DNA from: Myxococcales bacterium
GTDB taxonomy: Bacteria > Myxococcota_A > Polyangia > Polyangiales > Polyangiaceae
Direction of reading: 5' to 3'
NCBI GenBank assembly: GCA_016703425.1
Contig: JADJCA010000011.1
Span: forward strand, 378,050-442,049
Length of the DNA: 64,000 nucleotides
Part shown: positions 18,618 through 33,009 of the stretch, piece after piece
Layout: each line of letters opens with the position of its first letter
Position numbering within the stretch: the first letter of the stretch is position 1
Position numbers and translations under genes: made by a program
The notes under the pieces: model-generated
Database searches by the model: none
Told to the model about the DNA's origin: nothing
Seen by the model: the letters and a program-made list of their open reading frames with translations, nothing else

Positions 18618-21473
18618 ATGTGGACAACCCTTCCTCTCTTTGGGACCGGCCTGCTCCTCACGGTCATGTTGGTGGCCAGCTACACGTTCGCCGTGTCGCT
18701 CGCCGCGCACGCCGACGGCAAGCCTCGGACGCTTCAGGCGGCTCGTTTCGGCGCCTACGGAGTCGTGATCCTCATCCTGACGACGGTGCTGGTCTTGGCC
18801 TACGCCTTCGTGAGCCACGACTTCCGACTGCGCTACGTCGCGCACTACTCGGACCGGTCGATGTCCACGCCGTACCTCTTCACGGCGCTCTGGGGCGGCC
18901 AAGACGGCTCGCTCTTGTGGTGGCTCTTCCTCTTGTCGCTCTACATCGGAGCGTGCGTGAAGTGGCTCGGCCGCCGCTTCCTTGAATTGCAGCCCGCGAT
19001 CTTGGCGACGTGCATGGCCGTCGTCCTGTTCTTCGCGGTGTTGATGACCTTCAGCGCGAATCCCTTCAGCACGAGCATCGCCGGCGCGAGGCCCGACGGC
19101 GAAGGCCTGAACCCGCTGCTCCAGAATTTCTACATGATCATCCACCCGCCGAGCCTCTACGTGGGCTTCGTCGGGTGCACGATCCCCTTCGCGTTCGCCG
19201 TCGCCGCGCTCGTCACCGGCCGCCTCGACACCGAGTGGATCGTCGCCAGCCGCAAGTTCACGCTCTTCTCGTGGCTCTTTCTCGCCATCGGCAACACGCT
19301 CGGCATGCTCTGGGCCTACGAGGAGCTCGGCTGGGGCGGCTATTGGGGCTGGGACCCGGTCGAGAACGCGGCCTTCATGCCGCTCTTGTCGGCGAGCGCG
19401 TTCGTGCACTCGGTCATGATCCAAGAGCGCCGGGGTCTCTTCAAACTCTGGAACGTGTTCCTCGTGTCGCTCACGTTCCTGATGACCATCTTCGGAACGT
19501 TCCTCACGCGCTCCGGCGTCATCGCCAGCGTGCACTCGTTCGCGCAATCGTCCATCGGCAACTACTTCGTCGGCTTCATGGTCGTCCTCGTGGCGTTCCT
19601 CATGACGCTCGTGCTCTACCGGTGGCCCGAGCTCCGCGACTACCCCAAGGAGGCGCGCCTTCGCAAAGCCGCCATGGCCACCGGCTGGACGGTTGTCGGC
19701 GTGGGCATCGCGGCTGGCTTGGTCCTCACCAACGTTCCCATGAGCGGCGCGGTGCGCGCCGCCATCGTGTCGGCCGTCGCCGCGGGGACCGTCTTTGCCT
19801 CCGTCGAGCTGGTGTTCCGCAAGATGACGGCGGGCCTCGACCTCTCGCATCGCCGCCCCGCCATCGAGTCGCTCTGGTCGCGCGAGTTCACCTTCGTCCT
19901 CAACAACTGGGGCCTGCTCGGCTTCATGTTGTTCGTGCTCGTGGCCACGACCTTCCCGATGATCTCGGAGGCCTTCTGGAACGAGAAGGTCACCGTCGGG
20001 CCGCCCTACTACAACGCGTGGGTTCAGCCCATCGGGCTCACGATCTTCTCGCTCATGGGCATCGGCTCACTCTTCGGATGGAAGAAGACGAGCGACGCGG
20101 CCCTCCGCAAGGCGTTCTTCTTCCCGAGCCTGACCTTCGTCGTCGTCCTCGTCCTCCACTTCGCCCTTGGCAGCCGCTTCGGTTACCCGGCCACGGTCTT
20201 CACGGACCCCATCTATCCCGGGCCCCTCGGGCAGGTGCTCCGCGCGTTCAACGGCATCACGCCGGTGCTCGGCATCTCGCTGTGCGCCTTCAACGCTGCC
20301 GTCATCGTGCAAGAGTTCGCGCTCCTCTTCGGCGCGCGCCGAAAGACCGGCGCCAACAAGGACGTGCCGAAGGCCCTCTTCTACGCCGGCTTCCTCCCGG
20401 GCTTCTTGATGACGCTCGTCACGTTGCCGCCTCCCTCGCGCCGTCGCTACGGCGGCTACGTGGTCCACTTCGGAATCACGATGATGTTCCTTGGCTTCAC
20501 GGGAGCGTCTTGGAACATCAACAAGGAGACGACGATGTCGCCGGGCCAGACCTACAAGGTCGACGCCTACGACCTTCAGTACGTCGGTCCGCGCATGGAG
20601 GTCGACACCTCGAAGCGCATGATCTTCGCCGACCTCCGCGTCCAGAAGAGCGGCAAGGACATGGGCCTCGTGACGCCGGCGAAGTTCATCTACAAGCGCC
20701 GCCCCGAGTCGCCGACCACGGAGGTCGCGATGCTCCACACCATCGCCGACGACCTCTACGTCGTGGTGGGCGCGATCAATCCGCAGACGAAGGTCGCGAG
20801 CCTGCAGATCCACGTCAACCCGCTCGTCGGGTGGATCTGGTTCGGCGCCATCATCCTCATCTTCGGCAGCGTCGTCTGCATGTGGCCCGAGCTCCGACCC
20901 AACGAGTCGCGGGCCTGGGCCGCGGCGCGCGGCGTGGCGGGCGCGGCAGCGAGCATCACGCTCGGGGTCGTCTTGGCCTCGATGCCCGCCCCAGCCTTCG
21001 CGCAGAGCGCTGGCAACGGCACCGCCGGCGCCTCGAGCCTCCACTCGGGCACCGTGAAGATCGAGAACGCCGAGGAGCGCGACCTCTTCGGAAAGCTGCG
21101 CTGCATGTGCGGCACTTGCCCGCGCGACCTCTTGTCGACCTGCGCGTGCGACACCGCCGAGGAGACCCGCGAGCGGCTGCGCGCGAGGCTCAAGGCCGGC
21201 GAGGCCAAAGACGCCATCATCTTGGCCTACGCGAAGGAGTACGGCTCCGCCGCGCTCTCCATTCCGCCGAACACGGGCGCCATGCGTGCCATCTACATGG
21301 TGCCCGTCGCCGCGATCGTGGCTGGCGCCGCCGGCGTCGTGGTGCTCATGCGTCGCTGGCGCAAAGGCGAGGGCGCCGCCGCCGCTCCGAAGGACAGCGC
21401 GGGCGCGACAAAGGACGCCAAAGACGAGTACGATCGCCGCCTCGACGACGAGCTGAGGGAGCTCGATGACTGA
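18618..21473 (+). CDS. ccmF: Cytochrome c maturation protein CcmF fused to a CcmH-like C-terminal domain
   Basis: CcmF hallmarks (WGGYWGWDPVEN, heme-handling His residues, about 15 TM helices), followed by LRCMCGTCPRDLLSTCACD (CcmH LRCxxC thiol motif) and a final TM helix. Confidence 0.85.
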   Translation: MWTTLPLFGTGLLLTVMLVASYTFAVSLAAHADGKPRTLQAARFGAYGVVILILTTVLVLAYAFVSHDFRLRYVAHYSDRSMSTPYLFTALWGGQDGSLLWWLFLLSLYIGACVKWLGRRFLELQPAILATCMAVVLFFAVLMTFSANPFSTSIAGARPDGEGLNPLLQNFYMIIHPPSLYVGFVGCTIPFAFAVAALVTGRLDTEWIVASRKFTLFSWLFLAIGNTLGMLWAYEELGWGGYWGWDPVENAAFMPLLSASAFVHSVMIQERRGLFKLWNVFLVSLTFLMTIFGTFLTRSGVIASVHSFAQSSIGNYFVGFMVVLVAFLMTLVLYRWPELRDYPKEARLRKAAMATGWTVVGVGIAAGLVLTNVPMSGAVRAAIVSAVAAGTVFASVELVFRKMTAGLDLSHRRPAIESLWSREFTFVLNNWGLLGFMLFVLVATTFPMISEAFWNEKVTVGPPYYNAWVQPIGLTIFSLMGIGSLFGWKKTSDAALRKAFFFPSLTFVVVLVLHFALGSRFGYPATVFTDPIYPGPLGQVLRAFNGITPVLGISLCAFNAAVIVQEFALLFGARRKTGANKDVPKALFYAGFLPGFLMTLVTLPPPSRRRYGGYVVHFGITMMFLGFTGASWNINKETTMSPGQTYKVDAYDLQYVGPRMEVDTSKRMIFADLRVQKSGKDMGLVTPAKFIYKRRPESPTTEVAMLHTIADDLYVVVGAINPQTKVASLQIHVNPLVGWIWFGAIILIFGSVVCMWPELRPNESRAWAAARGVAGAAASITLGVVLASMPAPAFAQSAGNGTAGASSLHSGTVKIENAEERDLFGKLRCMCGTCPRDLLSTCACDTAEETRERLRARLKAGEAKDAIILAYAKEYGSAALSIPPNTGAMRAIYMVPVAAIVAGAAGVVVLMRRWRKGEGAAAAPKDSAGATKDAKDEYDRRLDDELRELDD

Positions 21474-22239
21474 AAGCAAGGCCAGCTTGGGCGAACACGT
21501 GACGCCTCCCGAACCGAAAGCGGCGACGAACGACGAGGCCGACCGCGCGAGCCTCGAAGCCGACGCGGAGAGGCGCCTCGGTCGGCTCGCCTCTCGAGTC
21601 CTGCCGCCGGTCGTCGTGATCAGCGCCTTGGCCGTCGCCCTGACGGTGAGCATTGCGCCGGCGTTGCTCGTGCTCATCGGCGGCGCGCTCATCGGCACCA
21701 TCGCGCTCTTTTGGGCGAGCCTCCGTACGCTCGGCGGCGACGCTCCGTTGGCGGAGGACTTCGAAGCGTTGACGGTGCGCGTCGACAACCGGTCGGCGCT
21801 CGACGCCCGAAAGCGCTCGGCGCTCCGCGCGCTCAAGGACATCCAGCACGAGCACGCCATCGGCAAGATCGACGACGCCGACTTCGAGGTGCTCTCCGCG
21901 AAGTACCGCACCGAGGCGAAAGATCTCCTGCGCGAGCTCGACCTCGAGATCGAACCCTTCCGGGACCAGGCCGAAGCGCTGGCTCGAAAGCACCTCGAGA
22001 AGGCGGGCCTTGGTGCGACGGCGAACGCCGCCAAGGACGAAACCGCGGGCAACGCCAGCAAACCCGAGAAGGTCGCCGGCGACGCGAAGAAGGAGATGGC
22101 GACAGACGACGGCGCCGCCGACGCGCCCGCGTGCGCGACATGCGGGACGCGAAACGACTCCGACGCGGACTTCTGCAAGAAGTGCGGGAAGCGTCTCAAG
22201 GAAGAGAAGGCCGCTTCGGCCGAGAGTGACGATGCCTGA
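21466..22239 (+). CDS. Membrane protein with C-terminal zinc-ribbon (CATCGTRNDSDADFCKKCGKRL), possible cytochrome c maturation accessory protein
   Basis: The start overlaps the ccmF stop by 8 nt. Two TM helices, a coiled middle, and a CxxC...CxxC tail. Confidence 0.55.
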   Translation: MTESKASLGEHVTPPEPKAATNDEADRASLEADAERRLGRLASRVLPPVVVISALAVALTVSIAPALLVLIGGALIGTIALFWASLRTLGGDAPLAEDFEALTVRVDNRSALDARKRSALRALKDIQHEHAIGKIDDADFEVLSAKYRTEAKDLLRELDLEIEPFRDQAEALARKHLEKAGLGATANAAKDETAGNASKPEKVAGDAKKEMATDDGAADAPACATCGTRNDSDADFCKKCGKRLKEEKAASAESDDA

Positions 22240-23644
22240 TCGGAAGCTATTTTCCCGAGGTCTTCGCCTGGGCTTGGGCCTCGCCACCTTGTCCGTCACC
22301 GTGGGCGTCAGCGGCCTCGCCGTTGGCGCTGGCGACGCGAGCGCTCCGAAGAGCGTCGCCTCGAGTCGCCCCGCAAACAGCGACGCGGGTGCGGCCCCCA
22401 AGACGACAACGGCTTCGCCGGGCGAGAGCGGGCCGCCACGCGACGGCGTCGATCCCCACGGTGCCGGCGCTATGGACGTCGCCGACCCGCACGGCGGCGC
22501 CGATCCCCACGGCAGCGGCAACGCGGCTGGCGGACCCAAAACGCCCGCCGACACGGTGTCCGAAGATCCGGCGCTTCCCAAAGGAACCATCGACGTCGAG
22601 ATCCGAGACGAAAACGATCGCCCGCGCGGCCAAGTGCCCGTCCTGCTCGGCATCGTTCAGAACTCCGTAGCCAAAGGAGAGAACCGTCAGCGCCTCTCGG
22701 CCTCCACGTCGGCCGACGGCCACGTGCGCTGGAACAACCTCGAAGGCGGAAGCCAAATGGCCTACCGCGTGTCGGTCACCGAGGGCGCGGCGCAGTTCGC
22801 GGCGAGGCCGTTTCAGCTCGACCCGACCAAGGGCACGCGCGTCATCTTGCACACGTTCCCGTCGACGAGCGACCTCGCGACGGCGCTCGTCGTCATGCAG
22901 TCGATCGTCTACGTCGAGCTCAAAGACGATCGCGTCCAGGTCCAGCAGGCCTTCAACATCTTCAACTTTGGCAAGATGGCCTGGGTGCCGAAGGACTTCG
23001 TCTTGCCGTTGCCGGCGGGCTTTACGGCGCTCACCAGCTCGCAACAAATGAGCGACCAAACCGTCGAGGCAGCGGAGGGTCGCGGCGCGAAGGTCAGCGG
23101 CACCTTCGGCCCGGGCCAGCACTCCATCGAGTATCGCTGGCAGCTTCCGTTCGGGGGCGAGCCGAACCTCGACCTCGGCATCGGCATGCCGGGCAACGTC
23201 GCAGCCGCGCGCGTGATGGTCGTCGCGACTTCGCAAATGAAGGTCTCCGTCGATGGCTTCCCCGCCATGCGCGCCGGCCGCGACGGCCAAGGCAACAACA
23301 TCCTCGAGACGGAGCGTGAGATGCGCCGCGACGAGGCGCCCCTGCGCAGCCTACGAATCGTCTTGGCGGACATTCCCGGTCCGGGGCCGCTCCGCCTCTA
23401 CGCGGCCGGCATTTCGACCGTGGGCGTCCTGCTCGGGCTCTCCTACGCGAGCCGGTCCCGCAAAGATCACCGCGGACGCGAGACCGACCGAAAGAAGGAG
23501 CGCGAGCGACTCCTCGCCGAGCTCGAGGAGCTTGAGCGCGCCCATCGCGTCGGTGAGCTGGGCCCGCGGACCTACGAAAAGAGCCGCCGCGAGCTCATCG
23601 ACGCGCTCGCGCGGACGCTCGCCGCCGACGCCGCAACGACGTGA
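22232..23644 (+). CDS. Hypothetical bitopic membrane protein with DPHG repeats
   Basis: ATG 22232 overlaps the upstream stop. N-terminal signal/anchor, DPHGAGAMDVADPHGGADPHGSG repeats, large periplasmic domain, C-terminal TM, and a charged coiled cytoplasmic tail. Confidence 0.55.
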   Translation: MPDRKLFSRGLRLGLGLATLSVTVGVSGLAVGAGDASAPKSVASSRPANSDAGAAPKTTTASPGESGPPRDGVDPHGAGAMDVADPHGGADPHGSGNAAGGPKTPADTVSEDPALPKGTIDVEIRDENDRPRGQVPVLLGIVQNSVAKGENRQRLSASTSADGHVRWNNLEGGSQMAYRVSVTEGAAQFAARPFQLDPTKGTRVILHTFPSTSDLATALVVMQSIVYVELKDDRVQVQQAFNIFNFGKMAWVPKDFVLPLPAGFTALTSSQQMSDQTVEAAEGRGAKVSGTFGPGQHSIEYRWQLPFGGEPNLDLGIGMPGNVAAARVMVVATSQMKVSVDGFPAMRAGRDGQGNNILETEREMRRDEAPLRSLRIVLADIPGPGPLRLYAAGISTVGVLLGLSYASRSRKDHRGRETDRKKERERLLAELEELERAHRVGELGPRTYEKSRRELIDALARTLAADAATT

Positions 23645-23699
23645 ACGAAGGCCCTCTGACGGGCGCTTACGGGTGAGAAGAGCGCGCCCGCGAGAGGCG

Positions 23700-24095
23700 C
23701 CTTTCTTCGCACAAACGGCCTGTGGGTAAGCCTTGGAGTTGAGGGGGGAGCATCCCGTGGATTCCGGTGGGGGAAAGTCTCTTGACTACATCTGCCCCCA
23801 TCCGCCCCCAGTCATCCCACCTTCGACTCCACATGACATACACGGTCGATGTTTCTGATGTTCAATGGGATTTCGTGGCTGTCCACATTTCCACAGGCTC
23901 TATCAACACTTCTAGGATTTAAATCTCTAAGAAGATCTGGAGAGAAGAGCACCGCGCCCTCTCGCCCGTGAGGCAGCTCCAGTGGAGCCAAAACATGGGG
24001 TGCCGAGGCTTGCGTCCCGCCCAAATCGCGACGATGTAGGTGAGCCCGTCGCGAGCTTCCAAGAGCCGCCGTCCTGTCTCCGTCTTGCCTGAGGG
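23700..24095. other. Putative chromosomal replication origin (oriC)-like region upstream of dnaN
   Basis: Local GC drops markedly (ttctaggatttaaatctctaagaagatctgg). It contains DnaA-box-like 9-mers TGTCCACAT, TTTCCACAG, CATCCCACC and GGAATCCAC (rc), and sits immediately 5' of dnaN-recF-gyrB. Confidence 0.45.
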
Positions 24096-24099
24096 TCCC

Positions 24100-25239
24100 A
24101 TGCTGGAATTGTCGGTTGCGAAGAAAGATCTGCTGAAGCTCGTGAGCCGCGTGCAAGGCGTTGCCGAGCGCAAAAGCACGATGCCGGTTCTTTCCAACGT
24201 GCTCCTCACGGCCGACAGCTCGGGCACACTTCGCCTCTCCGCCACGGATCTCTACCTGGCGATCTCCGGCAAAATCGCGGCCGAAGTTCAGAAAGCCGGC
24301 AGCGTCGCCGTCCCCGCGAAAGATCTCTTCGAGCGCGTGAAGATGATGCCCGACGGTCCCGTGACCATCGCGTCGGGCGACAACGCTGCGACGACGCTCA
24401 AGGCCTCCGGCAGCGCGCGCCGGTACACGTTGCGCGGCATGCCGGGCGATGACTTTCCGCCGTTGCCGGCCGCCGCCGAGGGCGCGCCGTCGCTCGCGCT
24501 CGACGTGGCCGTGCTCCAAGAGCTGATCTCGAAGACGCACTTCTCAATCTCCACCGACGAAACGCGCGCGCACCTCAACTCGGCGCTCTTCGAGTGGGAC
24601 GGTGATGTCGTTCGCATGGTCACGACCGACGGACACCGCCTCTCGAAGATGGAGGTGAAGGTTCCCGGTCGACAGGCTTCGGCAACGATGCTCATCCCGC
24701 TCAAGGCCATCCACGAGCTGCGTCGCCTCGCCGACGACATGATGGGCGAGGCCGGCAAGGATCAAGACAAGCCGCAGATGCAGATCACGCAGAGCGGCTC
24801 GAGCGCGTTTTTCCAAGCGGGCACCACGAGCTTCAGCGTGAAGCTCGTCGACGCGCAGTTTCCGCCTTACGCCCAAGTCATTCCGCAAAACTCGGAGAAG
24901 CAGATCCGCGTGCCTCGCTCGGCCTTCGCCGACGCGCTCAAGGCCGTTGCCGTCGCCGCCAGCGAGCGCACGGGCGGCGTGAAGCTCTCGCTCGCGAAAC
25001 ACGCGATGCGAATCACCAGCGAGTCGCCCGAGACGGGCGATGGCTTCGATGAGATCGCGGTCGAATACGGCGCCGCGCCCATGACCGTTGGCTTCAACGC
25101 CAAGTACTTCCTCGACGTGCTCGCCGCGCTCGATGAGGACGAGGTCGTCTTGTGCCTCTCCGGCGAGCTTGACCCCGCCGTGGTGAAGCCCAACAGCGCG
25201 CGCGAGTTTCTGGCCGTCGTGATGCCGATGCGCATCTGA
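24100..25239 (+). CDS. dnaN: DNA polymerase III beta sliding clamp
   Basis: MLELSVAKKDLLKLVSRVQGVAERKSTMPVLSNVLL... has three-domain clamp architecture. GAGGG lies 5 nt upstream of the ATG at 24100. Confidence 0.9.
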   Translation: MLELSVAKKDLLKLVSRVQGVAERKSTMPVLSNVLLTADSSGTLRLSATDLYLAISGKIAAEVQKAGSVAVPAKDLFERVKMMPDGPVTIASGDNAATTLKASGSARRYTLRGMPGDDFPPLPAAAEGAPSLALDVAVLQELISKTHFSISTDETRAHLNSALFEWDGDVVRMVTTDGHRLSKMEVKVPGRQASATMLIPLKAIHELRRLADDMMGEAGKDQDKPQMQITQSGSSAFFQAGTTSFSVKLVDAQFPPYAQVIPQNSEKQIRVPRSAFADALKAVAVAASERTGGVKLSLAKHAMRITSESPETGDGFDEIAVEYGAAPMTVGFNAKYFLDVLAALDEDEVVLCLSGELDPAVVKPNSAREFLAVVMPMRI

Positions 25240-25241
25240 CG

Positions 25242-26438
25242 ATGGAGGCGGCTATCGAGATCGGTGACCGGCCGCTCGAGACGCGCGCCAACGATGGCGA
25301 GCAAAAGAGCCCGCTGATCATCGAGACGATTTCGCTGCGCGGCTTCCGAAACCTGAGCGACGTCGATCTCGCGCCGTCGCCGCGCTTCAACGTCATCGCC
25401 GGCGATAACGGTCAAGGCAAGACGAACATCCTCGAGGCCATCTACCTCGGCGGCACGACGCGGAGCTTTCGCACGACGAAGCTGGCGGAGGTCGTCGGGC
25501 ACCACAAGACGCTCGCGACGTCGAAGCTCGTCGTTCGTGAAGGGCCTTCCGAGCACGACATCGCCCGAGAGCAGGTGGTCGGCCTCCAAGGTGGCGCCCG
25601 CTCGGTCAAAGTGGATGGCAAGAGACCCGCGTCGCTGGCGGCTTATGCCATCAAGACGCCGGTCGTCGTGTTTCACCCCGGCGAGGTGGCGCTCTCGCAG
25701 GGGCCCAGCGGAGAGCGACGTCGCCTCCTCGATAGAGCCGGACTCTACGCGGCGCCGGGCTCGTTGGCCGATGCCGATGCCTACGCTCGCGCGATCCGTG
25801 AGCGTCAACGCGCGCTCGAGACGCGCGGCGCCATGGCTCGCGATTTGGACCAGTGGGAGGCGCTCGCGGTGCGTCACGGCATGAGCATCATGGGCGTTCG
25901 TCGTCGCGCCAGCGAGGCGCTGCTCACCGCGGCGGAGCGCGCCTTCCGACGCATCGCCGCGCCCGACCTCACGCTCACGGGAGCCTTCGCGCCGAGCGCA
26001 CCGGAAGACGAGACCGCGTACCTGAAGGCGCTCTGGGAGAGCCGCGCCGTCGACATGCGGAGAAAGAGCGCGAGCATCGGACCGCATCGCGACGAGCTCG
26101 CGCTCTTCATCAACGGGCACGCCGTTCGTGGGACCGCATCGCAAGGGCAGCACCGCGCGCTCGTGCTCGCGCTGAAGGCCGCCGAGATCGAGGTCATCGG
26201 GGATGCGCGTGGCGCGAGACCGATTCTCCTGCTCGACGACGTCTCGAGTGAGCTCGACCGGGAGCGGACGCGCGCGCTCATGGCGTTCTTGCGCGACCTC
26301 GAGGGGCAGGTCTTTTTGACGACGACGCGGCCGGAGCTCATCGTCCTCGGAGACGCCGAAGGTCTCTCCTTTGGCGACGAAACGCGGCGCGATTGGACCG
26401 TCCGCGAGGGCGCCATCGCGACGGCAGTAAATACCTGA
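25242..26438 (+). CDS. recF: DNA replication and repair protein RecF
   Basis: Walker A GDNGQGKTNILEAI and the signature/Walker B region LLLDDVSSELD. It immediately follows dnaN. Confidence 0.85.
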   Translation: MEAAIEIGDRPLETRANDGEQKSPLIIETISLRGFRNLSDVDLAPSPRFNVIAGDNGQGKTNILEAIYLGGTTRSFRTTKLAEVVGHHKTLATSKLVVREGPSEHDIAREQVVGLQGGARSVKVDGKRPASLAAYAIKTPVVVFHPGEVALSQGPSGERRRLLDRAGLYAAPGSLADADAYARAIRERQRALETRGAMARDLDQWEALAVRHGMSIMGVRRRASEALLTAAERAFRRIAAPDLTLTGAFAPSAPEDETAYLKALWESRAVDMRRKSASIGPHRDELALFINGHAVRGTASQGQHRALVLALKAAEIEVIGDARGARPILLLDDVSSELDRERTRALMAFLRDLEGQVFLTTTRPELIVLGDAEGLSFGDETRRDWTVREGAIATAVNT

Positions 26439-26451
26439 AATCAAAGCCTAA

Positions 26452-29088
<2,637 letters not shown>

Positions 29089-29094
29089 GCGAGG

Positions 29095-29112
29095 CGCGAC
29101 CCGCCCGGGTCG
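29095..29112 (+). terminator. Candidate terminator hairpin after gyrB
   Basis: gcgacccg-cc-cgggtcgc gives a perfect 8-bp GC-rich stem 7 nt after the gyrB stop. There is no U tract. Confidence 0.35.
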
Positions 29113-29294
29113 CAGTGTGGGACGTTAGGCGCAACGGCCCGGTGGCGTCAGATTCGTGACGCTTTCCCGCGGCGCCGCGCGATCGGCCTTCGCGGAATCA
29201 GAATGGCGTCGCGCATTTCGAGGCGCCCAGAGCGCCTTGTGTGCGCCTATTCGCAGACTTCACCTTCGGCCCGGGAGATGCTTGCATCGAGGGT

Positions 29295-30137
29295 GTGCGC
29301 TGGGTGATCGCCACGATGATGTCGGTTATCGCCTGCAGCGGCCAGGTCGACGACGAGTCTCGTGACGAACAGGCGAAGCTCGTGGCGCGCGGCGTGGAGC
29401 CACCGCCGGCGCCCGTTTACGCGAAGCAGGAGCAGCCGATCGCGACCACGCGCGTGACCAACCACGGCGGGCCCGTCCTCGCGAAGATGACGGTTCGTGT
29501 CGTCCACGTGGGCGACGTATCGGAGGGTGGAGCGTCGAGCGCCCAGCAGGCCGAACGCGACGCGCTCGTCGCCTTCACGCTCACGAGCGGCGCGGCCTAC
29601 TGGGAGACTCTCGCTCAATATGGCGTCGGGCCAGGCCGGCTCGCGGGCGCGCAGCGCATCCCCAAAGCGCTCGCGTTTGCCGGCGCCATGGCGGCGGAGC
29701 CGCTCGTCAGCGTCGAGGCGCTCGAGGCGCAGATCAAGCTGCTGCTTCATCCGAAGAGCGGCGCGTCGATCGTTCCCCCAGCGGACGCCTACTTGTTCTT
29801 CTTGCCGAAGGGCACGGCCGTCTCGTTTGGCAATCGGGGGACCAAGGTGTGGAAGTCGTGCGTCGACGTCGGCGCCTACCACCGCCACACGGGCCTCGAG
29901 CCGTACGCGGTGTTTCCGCCGTGCGACCTCGGGCAGAGTCCCCGAGCGGTCTCGCACGAGCTCGCGGAGATGGCCACCGACCCGGTCGTTGGGACCGGCT
30001 GGATGAGCGACCGCGATCAGAACGTCGGCGTCGGCGAGATCGCCGATCTCTGCAACCAAGACGTGCCGACGCCGATCGGCGGCTATCGCCTCACGCAGCT
30101 TTGGTCCAATCGCGACGGGCGCTGCGTCCCCTTCTAA
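29295..30137 (+). CDS. Lipoprotein, hypothetical
   Basis: GTG 29295 gives MRWVIATMMSVIACSGQ, a lipobox. A downstream ATG at 29316 is an alternative start. Contains a HELAEM segment but no clear HExxH motif. Confidence 0.5.
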   Translation: MRWVIATMMSVIACSGQVDDESRDEQAKLVARGVEPPPAPVYAKQEQPIATTRVTNHGGPVLAKMTVRVVHVGDVSEGGASSAQQAERDALVAFTLTSGAAYWETLAQYGVGPGRLAGAQRIPKALAFAGAMAAEPLVSVEALEAQIKLLLHPKSGASIVPPADAYLFFLPKGTAVSFGNRGTKVWKSCVDVGAYHRHTGLEPYAVFPPCDLGQSPRAVSHELAEMATDPVVGTGWMSDRDQNVGVGEIADLCNQDVPTPIGGYRLTQLWSNRDGRCVPF

Positions 30138-30364
30138 GTGGGCGTCGGGGCGCCTTCGTGGCCCAACGGCGCGCCACGAGCCGCGAGCCGGGGGATGGGA
30201 TCGCCGCGACTGCAAGCTCCGCGCCCTTGCGCCGGCTCTTCGGCGATTTACCTTGGCGTGGGTCAGCGAGCGGCCTGCTCGCCGCGACCGAACCCGGTTG
30301 GGCCGGTGCGCAAGCGCCGACGACCACATTTCGTAGCCCACGTTTTTCGTAGGGAGCCGTACCC

Positions 30365-32977
<2,613 letters not shown>

Positions 32978-33009
32978 CGCGAAGAGCGCGGCACGGGGGC
33001 CCCGACCGA

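Noticed and set aside
29241-30137. HELAEM segment in the lipoprotein as a zinc-metalloprotease HExxH motif
   Set aside because: The motif is HExxE, not HExxH, and there is no downstream third ligand pattern. Left as a hypothetical lipoprotein.
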